The notes beneath the pieces are model-generated. The model was not told the origin of the DNA. It saw only the letters and a list, made by a program, of their open reading frames with translations, and did not search any database. A stretch of 62,901 nucleotides of DNA, filler included, from Lenisia limosa (taxonomy: Eukaryota; Protista; Breviatea), in the NCBI GenBank assembly GCA_001655205.1. It is 9 parts of 9 records of this genome, joined end to end, with 100 filler letters (N's around TTAATTAATTAA, not from the genome) between each part and the next. Parts side by side here need not be neighbours in the genome. Positions count along the whole stretch, not along the records: positions 28,509 to 38,613 come from LPNZ01010160.1; positions 38,714 to 40,190 come from LPNZ01008783.1; positions 40,291 to 51,666 come from LPNZ01008846.1; 6 more parts are not named here. The stretch is one strand, 5' to 3'. Positions 36,021 to 47,456 of the stretch are shown here, piece after piece (position 1 is the first letter of the stretch; the number at the start of each line of letters is the position of its first letter). Position numbers and translations under genes: made by a program.

Positions 36021-36460
36021 GCCTAAATACGCACCTTTCAGAAAACCTTTCCCTGCACTCCAACAATTGTTTAATAAAACACAATTATATTCCTCTGAGC
36101 TGTAGGAAGAGTCAGGAGGGGAGAAAACAAGGGGGAGTGTAAATTTTAACATCTGTTACATTTGTTACATAAACACAGACTCCTCCTATTCCCCTAATAA
36201 ACCAAAAAGAGAAAAGGAGAAAAGAAAAGAGAGGAGGAGAAGAAGAAAAGAAATAGAGCTTAGAGACAGAAGCATGTTGTGCACCCCCACCATGGGTTTA
36301 TGTAACAAATATAACAAATGTTAAAAGTTACACTCCTTGTATGCTCCCCTCCTGACTCTTCCATCAGCTCAGAGGAATATAATTGTATAATTGTGTTTTA
36401 TTAAACAATTGTTGGACAGTTTAATGCAGGGGAAGGTTTCAGAAAGGTGCGCATTTAGGC
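36021..36460. mobile_element. Foldback/MITE-like element of 440 bp with about 140-170-bp inverted arms
   Basis: gcctaaatacgcacctttcagaaaacctt...caacaattgtttaataaaacacaattatattcctctgagctg is mirrored by cagctcagaggaatataatt...ttttattaaacaattgttgg...gaaaggtgcgcatttaggc, around a purine-rich spacer. No target-site duplication was seen. Confidence 0.85.
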
Positions 36461-37379
36461 AGGGGGTGCGCATTTAGCAGTGCGCAATTAGACAGGCACG
36501 AAAAGATCCAGAGGTGATCTGGGAACTGCTGCTCCCCCCATGACTGACCAACCTTTTCTCCAACCCCAAAATTAGAAGAGGGATAGAGTGATGTGTTTTA
36601 AATAAGGATAAGGAAGGGAGGAAGGTTGTTTTTTTAGAACGAACGATACACAGCATCTCATCTGGATCATCTGTCTTCTTCTTTCTTCCCATCACTAAGA
36701 TCCAGAAAAGAATCTAGTCAGGAGTCAAGAGGTCCCCTCGTGGCTGATAATCTAATTAAGAGACCATTTCGGGCCGTGAAGGTAGGTGAGAGAACAGGAG
36801 TTATGGGCCAACTTGTGCTGCAAAGCTGCTTGGATCTAGGAGGAGTATAGATTAGGAATGCAATATCCATACTCCTCTTAGCTTGGATCGGATCTTTAGA
36901 GAATAGACTAGCCCCCATAAATAAACTTGTTTTTATTTATAATCCTAGTCCAGCTTGACTAGAGGAGTGATTCAGGTAGTCAATCTTGCGTCATGGTTCT
37001 TGGGGTATAGATATAAACACGTTCTTTATGTTTCTCATCTCTATTTGTAATAATCTTATCCAGAGGTAGCATTGAAACCTCTCAGTTCTCTTCATAATGG
37101 TTAGCTCGCGGGGGGGGGGGGGTTNNNNNNNNNNNNNNNNNNNNNNNNNNNNNNNNNNNNNNNNNNNNNNNNNNNNNNNNNNNNNNNNNNNNNNNNNNNN
37201 NNNNNNNNNNNNNNNNNNNNNNNNNNNNNNNNNNNNNNNNNNNNNNNNNNNNNNNNNNNNNNNNNNNNNNNNNNNNNNNNNNNNNNNNNNNNNNNNNNNN
37301 NNNNNNNNNNNNNNNNNCGGAAATCATAGGATTTAATTTGGGGAAGCCAAAGGGATTTAATTGAGGAAATAGTAACAGT

Positions 37380-39750
37380 GACAGGAGGACTCAGAACAGG
37401 CGCTCGCCGCTTCTCTTACTAAGGCAATTGAGCTGAGAGCCTCAATAGACAGGCTCGTGCTGACTCCCCAGTCGCAATGGTAATCAGCGTAACTGTATCA
37501 GTATGAGTCACGTATGTCGTATTCCACTCAAGTACGAAAAATAATCGGTAAACTATCGAAGAATAATCAATGATTTTTTTTTTTGAGAAATTCAGTTCAG
37601 AAATAACTGAATCAACATTGATTATTTTTCGACAGTTTACGCTTTTTTTTTTCGTACTTGATCGGAGCCTGCAAATGATTGGGACAGACGTAAATATTTA
37701 AGTATTGTTTGAATGCAATTTTTATGGCTTTGTTCGTCCCCTTTAACCCCATTACCCCACCACCACCGACCAGAAGCGACGCCTGAGCTTTGTCTTTTTT
37801 GTTGTTATCAACCCTCGTCTGTTGTCAGCCAACAGAGTTGAATTTTGTTTCATAAATTTTTCCAATTTACTCATCCCTCCCCCACCCCCGAAAATAGCAC
37901 CTTATATTTGGGAATTCACTTCAGTTCGAAAAAAACCGGTTATATATCGAAAGCTATCGAGGGTTGATCGAAAAATTCAGTCTTTATTCGAACCGAAGTG
38001 AAGCCTTACTTATCACACCATCCCCGTTCCCTTATACCCCAGGCCCTCAGTACTCAACCAGGCCGTGATGCTCGCATCCCGGGCGGAGGGGTTACTCCAA
38101 CGATCTAGCCAGATCCTGGACCANNNNNNNNNNNNNNNNNNNNNNNNNNNNNNNNNNNNNNNNNNNNNNNNNNNNNNNNNNNNNNNNNNNNNNNNNNNNN
38201 NNNNNNNNNNNNNNNNNNNNNNNNNNNNNNNNNNNNNNNNNNNNNNNNNNNNNNNNNNNNNTCGGGCTCAGCCGGTGGATCAAGTTGCTCTTCTCACTGC
38301 AGAGGTGGGGGCTGATGATGTCAACATATCAAGTGGTATTAAAGGACAGTATTATCGGAAGCTCGGAAGGTATTTTATTTTAGTATTATTTATTATATTT
38401 TGCTGATGGTGTGGACGGCTTCTGACACCTTGTTTTATTTCTCATCTCTATATTATATTATTCATATCTTTACTATATGCGGATGCGCGTGCAAAAGGTG
38501 GGAATTTTAGTGTCATAATCATAGTGAGGAGATTGATACACGTATGTGGTCTGTAAAATTCAATGATAACATATGGTAGCATATATGATACTGTATGATA
38601 TGTGATTTTGTTTNNNNNNNNNNNNNNNNNNNNNNNNNNNNNNNNNNNNNNNNNNNNTTAATTAATTAANNNNNNNNNNNNNNNNNNNNNNNNNNNNNNN
38701 NNNNNNNNNNNNNATGCTGCGGCCGGAACCTACGCAGTTCTATTCGTATACCTGGAGAGGCAGTATGCCTCTTCTCCTGCTCAATGGAGGAAACCAAATG
38801 ATCGACTATTGTGAGAGAGGGTTAATGATGTATTTTTTTTACCGAATTTCAAGGCGTTTTTTGAATGGAGCAAGTTGTTATTGGATCGATTTGTATGAGC
38901 ATATATTTTAGATCTATATAATATATGAAGGTTAAATAGTGTGTTGGGGTCCGTCCTGTTAATTTTGACTAGGGCTTCACTTCGGTTCGAAATAAGACTG
39001 AAATTCACGATAAAACTTCGAAATTAGACTGAAATTCACGATAAATCTTCGAAATTATCGATATTTTACCGGTGTTTTTCGAACTGAAAGTGGATAGTAT
39101 CGTTGTGTAACCAGAACTCCATTTCAGCAACTTTCTCTTTTTTTTTTTTTTTTTTTNNNNNNNNNNNNNNNNNNNNNNNNNNNNNNNNNNNNNNNNNNNN
39201 NNNNNNNNNNNNNNNNNNNGGGCTAGAAAGCAGGAATCTCTGTTCTAACCCAATGTTATATATTTAATCGATTATTGCCATTAAAGGGACTGTTTTTTTG
39301 AGAAAGAGAAGTGTATATACTACACTTTAAATATCTAGAAAATCAAACTGTATATACCTACCTAGGACTACCATATAACAACCACTCGAGTAATTTTCTT
39401 ATTCTTACAACTCTAGCTCGAAAAATCCTCATTCGAGACTCCAAATACACGGGCAACTACCCAGCCAGCAAAATCTCAACCTACGGCCACTCGTCTTACC
39501 TCTATAAACTATGGACTTACCTCAGCGGGCTGTTTATTGGCACGCCGATTTCCTACGCTGTCAATGACGTTGGCTATGACTCAGCTGTTTTGGACAGTGA
39601 GTGGCGATTATATTGCTAGATGGGGGAAGAATGTTTGAATGAATAGTGGAGGGGGGGGGGGGTANNNNNNNNNNNNNNNNNNNNNNNNNNNNNNNNNNNN
39701 NNNNNNNNNNNNNCTCTGGTGTTTTTGATAGTGGGCCTTTTGTAAGAGAA
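37380..39750 (+). CDS. Multi-exon gene of unknown function, fragmented by gaps
   Basis: Exons EDSEQALAASLTKAIELRASIDRLVLTPQSQ, SVLNQAVMLASRAEGLLQRSSQILD, AQPVDQVALLTAE, IRDSKYTGNYPASKISTYGHSSYLYKLWTYLSGLFIGTPISYAVNDVGYDSAVLD, SGVFDSGPF. It spans a spacer join at 38658. Confidence 0.45.
37910..38006. mobile_element. MITE family M1 copy
   Basis: gggaattcacttcagttcgaaaaaa...tttattcgaaccgaagtgaagcct|TA. Confidence 0.85.
38972..39090. mobile_element. MITE family M1 copy with an internal duplication of about 29 bp
   Basis: TA|gggcttcacttcggttcgaaataagactgaaattcacgataaaacttcgaaattagactgaaattcacgataaatcttcgaaatt... Confidence 0.85.
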
Positions 39751-39885
39751 AGCATATGCAACTCATTTGCCTGGGTTTATAACGCTTGCAGCTTTTTCAC
39801 TTGGGGTTATTCCTGTTGCATTAAAAATCAAGGAAACAAATAAATACACAGGGATTCCATAACAAAAAAAATTTTGGTGGAAATA

Positions 39886-39980
39886 GGGCTTCACTTCTGT
39901 TCGTAAAAAGACTGAAATTCTCGATAAATCTTGGAAAACTATCGATATTTTTCCGTATTTTTCGAGCCGAAATGAAGCCC
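39886..39980. mobile_element. MITE family M1 copy
   Basis: TA|gggcttcacttctgttcgtaaaaagac...ttttcgagccgaaatgaagccc. Confidence 0.85.
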
Positions 39981-40052
39981 AAGGTGGGGGACCTCCCAGT
40001 TGGTTTCCGGTTTTTTTTTGTTTCATAATTTTCCAAATTTACCCCCTCCCCT

Positions 40053-40190
40053 GTTGGAGTGATGGGATGCGGTGGAGGCGACTGGCCTGGGCTTTGTTTG
40101 TTGGAGTGATGGGATGCGGTGGAGGCGACTGGCCTGGGCTTTGCTTGTTGGAGTGATGGGATGCGGTGGAGGCGACTGGCCTGGGCTTTG
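40053..40190. repeat. GC-rich 47-bp minisatellite, at least 3 units, running into a gap
   Basis: gttggagtgatgggatgcggtggaggcgactggcctgggctttgYtt starts at 40053, 40100 and 40147. Confidence 0.95.
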
Positions 40191-40569
40191 NNNNNNNNNN
40201 NNNNNNNNNNNNNNNNNNNNNNNNNNNNNNNNNNTTAATTAATTAANNNNNNNNNNNNNNNNNNNNNNNNNNNNNNNNNNNNNNNNNNNNGCATGTCCAC
40301 AGTAATAATGGAGTGCATCAGTAATAACACATGTAGTCTGGTTCGCAAGGAGCACATTTCAAGACCGCAATCACACAGCTGCCACCTGATGTGAAAGTAG
40401 GCGGCTTAGGGCGCCCTCTAATTATCTTTTCTTATTGTTAGTTGTTCTACATTTGATGTTCAAATATTCACTCTTGGCTTTTTACTTTCAAGTTTCCGAT
40501 TATTTGTTTCGTGATGAGTGCACCATTCAACGTCAAAAATTCTATTTATTCTTTATCCCCCCTCCTTCA

Positions 40570-40653
40570 CTGGAGTGATGGGCTGCAGAAGTGACTGGCC
40601 CGGGCTTTGTTTGTCGGAGTGATGGGCTGCAGAAGTGACTGGCCTGGGCTTTG
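40570..40653. repeat. Related 44-bp minisatellite, at least 2 units, running into a gap
   Basis: ggagtgatgggctgcagaagtgactggccYgggctttgtttgtc. Confidence 0.9.
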
Positions 40654-41325
40654 NNNNNNNNNNNNNNNNNNNNNNNNNNNNNNNNNNNNNNNNNNNNNNN
40701 NNNNNNNNNNNNNNNNNNNNNNNNNNNNNNNNNNNNNNNNNNNNNNNNNNNNNNNNNNNNNNNNNNNNNNNNNNNCAGTCGTCGCTCCAGCCCAGGCGCA
40801 AAAGGTGAGGGTAAAAGAAACTCTTATTAGGCAAGGTTCCCAATAATCAAGTGTTTGATAGGACGTCATTTTTTTTCACATTTTTTGTTCCATTCTTCCG
40901 TGAAATACTGAACTTACTGATTTAGCGGCTCTCCATCAACTTTTCCAAGTTCTAATGGCTCTGTTTTTGATATTATTTATTTTGAGGTACTATACCACCC
41001 CTGGAATATGAAATTAGAAAAGTTTAAATCATGAATTTGACTCTATGATATGATATAGTACGTGTATATATACATATACATACTATATCATATCATAGGG
41101 AGAGCAAATTTACAGATGCTAGACGAACAGAACAGAAATGATTGTCAACATATCAATAACAACAAAAACTGTTGAAAAGGGGAAACAAACTCCGACACCA
41201 AAAAAAAGTTAACATCTAACATATGATATATTCTCTTCCTCTTCTTCTATCTATATAATCAACATCTCCAACACTGCTTTGTTCCAAATACTTGCTAAAA
41301 CTTATACATAGTATACATAATGAAT

Positions 41326-44300
41326 CTAAACTCTCTTTTTCCTTTTTGCCAAACAGCAGCACCCGCACATAACAAAGCCTAAAAGAGCCCCGGCAGCCAC
41401 CGCTGCCGCAAATGTCCAGGTGCTGTCGCTTTCAGAGTCTTCGGAAGAGGCATTGCTGACCTGGCACACCACGTCTTGCGAGCACGCCACCGGAAGACAC
41501 GTTGACGTGCAGCCGCCATTGTTGTTGTTGCAAGGGTTGGTCCAGGACGGAGGGCAGCCATGGGGAGCTTCTACAACTATTCCGGTGAGATGTTACACTG
41601 TTCACAAACCAGTTTCAATCTGCTCAGTAATGGCCACGGATTCTCTTTTCTTGTCGTCATAAAACAGCTCAACATTAATGCTCAGGACAAAGATAAAAGT
41701 TCCTTCTGAGTTTTGCCTAAAAATATTGGTGTCATCTTTTCCGACTGAAATTTGGAATGAAAACTCAATAGCCGTTTCATCCGTGATATTACTAGACCAA
41801 GCGTTGGCAAGAGCAAGGGGAGTCGGCTCATTATCATTCACCAGGATAATGAGTTTCTCAAGAGGAGGCTGTTGCAGCGTAATAGAGAGGATTCTTATGG
41901 ACGAAATGACATTCGACTGCGTACTGACTCGAAGAATAAACTTGGCCGTATCAGAAGCCGAAAGGAGACTAGGGCCAACATGCACCAGGCCGGCGGTGGC
42001 GTCAGCAAGAATTTCAAAATCAGGGCAAAGTGAATCATCGCTTATTAAATGGGAGGTGACAGAGACGGCGGACGGGGTTATCTTGAAGAAAGTTAGTCTC
42101 AACAGAATCTCACTAGACAATTTATTCTTGGGCGACAGACAGTAACAAACAAAAGATGGTAATCTCCCGTGAAAGAACACAGCTGATGAGGGTTGACAGT
42201 AAACACCCAATGCTGCAGACAGCTTCCATTCTATTTAGTCAAGACGGTACCTGAAAAACACTCACTGTGTTGCATTTCCCAAATGATGTTTGCTCTAATT
42301 GTGTACTGACGCCTGGTGGGGACTAGAGGATGAATGGCAACCTCGACCAACCGTCACCGAATCGAATTCCAAAGCAAAAGGAGCCGAAGCATCTGTGGTA
42401 TACTCAATTGTTGCCAGGCCTTGAGACCATGACCAGGATTTCGATGTCAGAACAGTCTAATCGTTAAGGTTAGGGTGCATTGTCCTCACCTTCACATCAA
42501 CTTCTGCAGTTACTGATGATGATTCTGATACTTGAATTATTGAAGGGAACACTAGGGAATTGAGATCAACAATAAGAAAGCTTACAAATGCCAAATTTGG
42601 ATATGGTTCGAACATCACGAACAATCCCAGATGACAAAACGACAGAAACGATGATGGTCACTTTTCCAGATAAAACGACAAGATTCCCTTCTTCTTGGAA
42701 GTCCAATCCACACCCCTCTCAAACTGTGATAGTCAGGCTATACTTACCAATTGCGATTTCAAGAGGAATACTTGAAATATAACTGACGTAACAAGAGGTA
42801 CTATTCTCTTCTGTCCAAAGATCTGAAGGAAAGTTACAGTTTTCAGTGGATGGTAAGCCCTCAAATCCTGAAAGTGTAATTGAAGACATTTCAGAGTTGA
42901 CAACAATGTTGCGGTGAATGACAAGAACTAAAGTTGAGTTTGCAACCGATGAATCGGACCGAAGTTCAACTTTGGAAACCATTGAGACATCCGTTGCCAA
43001 GACAGGCTCGGGGTTACACGGAATATATTCTAAACTGTTACTATTATCTTTGATCTTACCACATTGTGAATTTGTACACACTTGATTTATTTGACATACA
43101 TTGTTACATTTCCCACAGTTAAGAGGGTCAGACACAAACACTTGAGAAGCAACACACTGTGAGTTACAAACAACCAGCCCAAATGGACACTCGCATTTCC
43201 CAGAGTTGCAAGTCTACAAGTTAGACAGCCAGCTGGCAAACCTGATATGAAAGACAAACATTGTCACAACCTCCGCAATGACTTTTGTTCGCGGAAGTAT
43301 CAGTGCAAATATCATTACAAGGGCTGAAACCTTTTGAACATTTACACTCACCAGCTTCACAGAATTGATCTTCCGCGCAAACATTTCCACAATGACCACA
43401 ATTGTTATTGTCTGAGCTAAGCGCCGCACAAGTGTCTGCGCAGAGTTTGAGCCCAATGTCACATGAGCAACTTCCCAAGATACAGCTCTAAATTGTTAAT
43501 ATCAACTGACTCACTTGGAAGGATGAACACTTATTGTCACAACCACCACAATGGTTTTTGTCGATTAGCAAATTGACACAACTGTTGTTACATTGTTCGG
43601 TGGTCACTGGGCAAACACATTGCTCGCCATTACAGGTCTAAAGTGTAAGTATCCAGTTTTTCCAAACCTGGTCAGGCAAGCACTTGTTACCACAACTTCC
43701 ACAATTGTTTGGACTGAAAATTGAGGTGCAGACCCCTTCACAAGTTTGCTGTCCTATTGGGCACTGGTCTGTGAAGAAGACAGAATGACTTACGGTACAT
43801 TTGCCTTGTAGACACAGGAAAGATGGTTCGCAGCAACCAGCACCGCATGAAACCTGGTTTGAGGGACAGCCAAATTCTAAACAAAATGAGATTTCAATTC
43901 GTAATTGATGACAAATTAATTGTCCAATTTGAGGCAATTTATTGAAGAGAGAAAATTGACAATCGAAGAGCTTTCTTGTTGACAATATTTAGTTTGTAAT
44001 GGCGTATTTTACCGCCCTAATACATTTCATTGGAGGAAATGTCTAATGTAATGTTTAAAAGTGAATCATCGAATGCTGTTGTCAGCCAAAAAGTTCAATT
44101 AGTAAGAAACATAATAAAAAATTGATCAGAATAGTTGAAAAAGAGGAGAAAAATTATATTTGGTTATACTTACCACAGATGCCGTCAATACAGCTAAACG
44201 ATACGTCACAAGGACTGAAGCATCCACCACAGTGGTTTTTGTTGGATGCTGGGTTAACACAAGTGTTTTCGCAAATGATCTGTCCTAAAACATGATCAAG

Positions 44301-45114
44301 TGTAGAGAAACTTACCAGTTGAACATATTGGAATCGGGATGCAGTTCCCGTCTTGACATATCTCAGAGGAATTACAGCACTTGGTTCCACATTCAAACTC
44401 TGAACTTTGACACTGCACGGCAACACACTGCTTATTAACACATTCATGGGTTGAAGAGTTGCAACATGAAGCATCACATTGGAAGAAGCCAGTTTCACAA
44501 ACACGAGGGCGTGCAACACACTCATCATTACGACAGAAGTGGGTACTTGCGGTACAGCAGAGTGAATTACATTCAATTTCATTTTCATTACACAGGCTTT
44601 TTTCAACACATTCACTCTTAATACATGTTTGAGAAGAAGTGCAACAGTTTGACCCGCATTCAGTTTGGCCAAATGGGCATTGGGAAGGAGTAATGCAGAT
44701 TCCATTTGAACATGTTTGAGAAGAAGTGCAACAGTTTGAGCCACACTCAGTTTGGTCAGATTGGCATTGAGAAGTAGAAACACAAACATTATTAGAACAA
44801 GTTTGACTTGAAGAACAACAAACCCCACCACACCTTGGAAGGCCAGAAGAACAGGGATTAGACTCTTCGCAAATTCCATTGTCACAAATTTGAGATGAAG
44901 TACAGCACTCAGTGTTGCATTTGGACGTTCCAATTGGGCAATTGTTGGGAACAACTTTGCACAGTCCAACGCGATTTCCTGCAATAACAGTCATTTCACA
45001 TTCGTCCAATCTAATGCAGCATTTGTCAACACAAACTGTGTCACTTGTGTTGGGGCATTGTGAATAACCCAATGTGAAGAGGAATGTCAATAAGAGGAAT
45101 GGTAACACTTTCAT
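41326..45114 (-). CDS. Large Cys-rich type I membrane (cell-surface) protein: signal peptide, Cys-rich repeats, about 6 STIG1-like CxxxxxDxxNCGxCxxxC repeats, possible ZP-like region, EGF-like module, TM helix, short tail
   Basis: Starts MKVLPFLLLTFLFTLGYSQC. Repeats CGSNCCTSSQTCSNGIC (87-nt duplication at about 44610-44790), CVNPASNKNHCGGCFSPC, CAALSSDNNNCGHCGNVC, VSDPLNCGKCNNVC and NPCNNNNGGCTSTC. Ends TFAAAVAAGALLGFVMCGCCCLAKRKKRV*. Confidence 0.88.
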
Positions 45115-45720
45115 TCTTGACGGTATCTCAGGATCAGGATAAGACTGATACAGGCTGTTGGTATTTCAATCAAGCAACTATCAATGGATGGACATTGATG
45201 AAAGACCAAAAATGAGTAGAGAGAAATAGGCAACACTACATTCTGTAGCTGCGGAAAAGAGAGTACTTACCATAAAGGGAAGAGTTACTAAAGTATAAAA
45301 CCCCCTGCTTTCTTGGTGAAGGGTCTTGAATCGTGTGCGAATAATTTCAATGGAACTAGGTGGTTGCTGAAGAAGAAAGCAATTCGTGTGAACGTGAAAA
45401 AAACAGCAGCCTAATTTTTTTTAGTTTAATTTTTGTAAATGTAAAAAATAATAGTAGTGGGCGGGCGACTGAGAGAGGGGTGCATGCTCTCGAGTCANNN
45501 NNNNNNNNNNNNNNNNNNNNNNNNNNNNNNNNNNNNNNNNNNNNNNNNNNNNNNNNNNNNNNNNNNNNNNNNNNNNNNNNNNNNNNNNNNNNNNNNNNGT
45601 ATTAAAAAAGAACTTCTTGTGCCCAGAGGAAAATACGGAAATTATCATCTCTTTTTTTTATAATTTTTGACTGATATTTATTTCAGGATTTTGAACCCAA
45701 AGAACCTCTTTCAACTCAAA

Positions 45721-46924
45721 ATGGCTGGTGATACTACTGCATGCGAACCTATCATAGATAAAACGCATGACAAATCTGAAGAAACTAAGAAGGTTGAGGT
45801 AGGAGGACGCTTTTTATTGCCTAACTCTTTCTCTTGGTCGCCTTTTTGTACCTTCTCGCAGTTAATTAATAAATATAATTAACACTAATTATATGATATC
45901 AATTAGAAAGGATTGGGACGTTTGAATCATTCCTTTCTTTAGGTCTATTGATGATCACCTTTCTAGGAACACACCTTCAAGTACATTGCTGATGAACAAC
46001 TCATGGACGGAGTTGGATGTAGGGGTGATTATAATTCAGCTGAATTGTTCACAGAGTGTAACATAGAGGAGATGGGGATTGACCTCTGTTCTTTTGCCCA
46101 TCCATCCTATTGCAAACAGTTTTGACAGTTGATCGTTGTAGTGTTTACCGCTTACATTGATAAGCATGTCAGAGTGCGATACGACGATCGAACTATTGTT
46201 TATCTCTATCCTGCGTAAGCCTTGTTTATCTCTACTCTGCGTAAGCCTTGTTTATCTCTATTCTGCGTAAGCCTTGTTTATCTCTCATCTGCGAAAGCCT
46301 TGTTTACCTCTAATCTGCGTAAGCCTTAATTTTTCGAAATGGTGTGGTGGTTAATCAATAATACTGTTTTGTAATTGTTTGCACTTTCTTCTCTTGAACC
46401 ATGGCCCCCACATTCAGCCACCCATGCACTAAATCATCCCGTTAGGGCGGAGGGAGGCTATCATGGCAAGATTGTAGACCCTTTCGGGAGAGAGCACGCA
46501 GTGAACTCATGGGATAGACAGTCGTGGGAAAGGTGGGAGGATTGTCAAAAGGATATTTTATAATTGAATGCACTGAGAAAGCCTGGAGGGTGTTTAAGGC
46601 TTGTAATTCTGCGTTTTAGATGGAAGTTCAAAACAAATACAAATATTATCCGTTTCCTGCGGTTTATATTTTCAGTATATTTTTGTATTGCCCATGATGT
46701 TTTGCCAAAAGAGTTGATATTTGGTTTTCACTCCATAAAATTTCTATTCTTACCCCCTCTCCAGTTATATGAAGCCAGCCGAAGACTTTGCGTTGTGGTC
46801 CTCTGTCCCAGCAAAGGGCAGGGCTGCCTGGGCCCTTTATAGGAGGCAGAGAGAGGTTTGTGAACTTGATTTTGGCCTTCAGAGGAGGCAGAAAGAGGAG
46901 ATTATGCTATTTGGACAAAGCTAA
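45721..46924 (+). CDS. Small multi-exon gene of unknown function
   Basis: Splice-bounded exons MAGDTTACEPIIDKTHDKSEETKKVE, EHTFKYIADEQLMDGVG, ECNIEEMGIDLCSFAHPSYCK, VFTAYIDKHVRVRYDDRTI, AEGGYHGKIVDPFGREHAVNSWDRQSWE, YMKPAEDFALWSSVPAKGRAAWALYRRQRE, RRQKEEIMLFGQS*. Confidence 0.5.
46196..46327. repeat. 26-bp minisatellite, 5 units (intronic)
   Basis: The unit gtttatctctaNNctgcgtaagcctt repeats with period 26 (tatctcta at 46201, 46227 and 46253). Confidence 0.95.
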
Positions 46925-47456
46925 GAACATGTTTTTTGGCCAGTGTGTCTTGGGGTGATATTGTAATGTTGAATAAGTGCTATGTTATGTTTGCTGAATA
47001 GTAATTGGTGACATATCGATTAGAACTTGTGAATCCAATCGCAGTGAAATGTCAGATCTTAGCAATGTTGTTTTTTTGCTAAATACCAAAAAAATTACAA
47101 TGTATCTGTTACATCTGTAATAGTGTTCTTATATTGAGTATGGATTTCTGACCCCACAAGGTGAAGATGACAAGTGCTGCTTTGGAGCTGGAAAAAATTC
47201 AAAGAACCCTTAAAATCATTTCATAGTCCCCAACAGTTTCTTAGGTATTTATTTGTACATACGAGTGGTATGTTGATGTTTGGTATTGTATTTTAATAAG
47301 ACTATGTATTCCTTGTATTTTAATGATGGTGAACTGATTCAACCTTATCGGAATAAATAAAGACCACCAAAAACAAAAAAAAACGATCAAAACTGCGAAA
47401 CCGAAGAAAGGTCATTTGGTTGTGGAAGAAACCGGCCCAACAAAAAAATGACCTTG

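Noticed and set aside
46196-46327. Short direct-repeat arrays (26, 32, 44 and 47 bp) as possible CRISPR arrays
   Set aside because: The units are head-to-tail with no unique spacers, there are no cas genes, and the context is eukaryotic and largely intronic.
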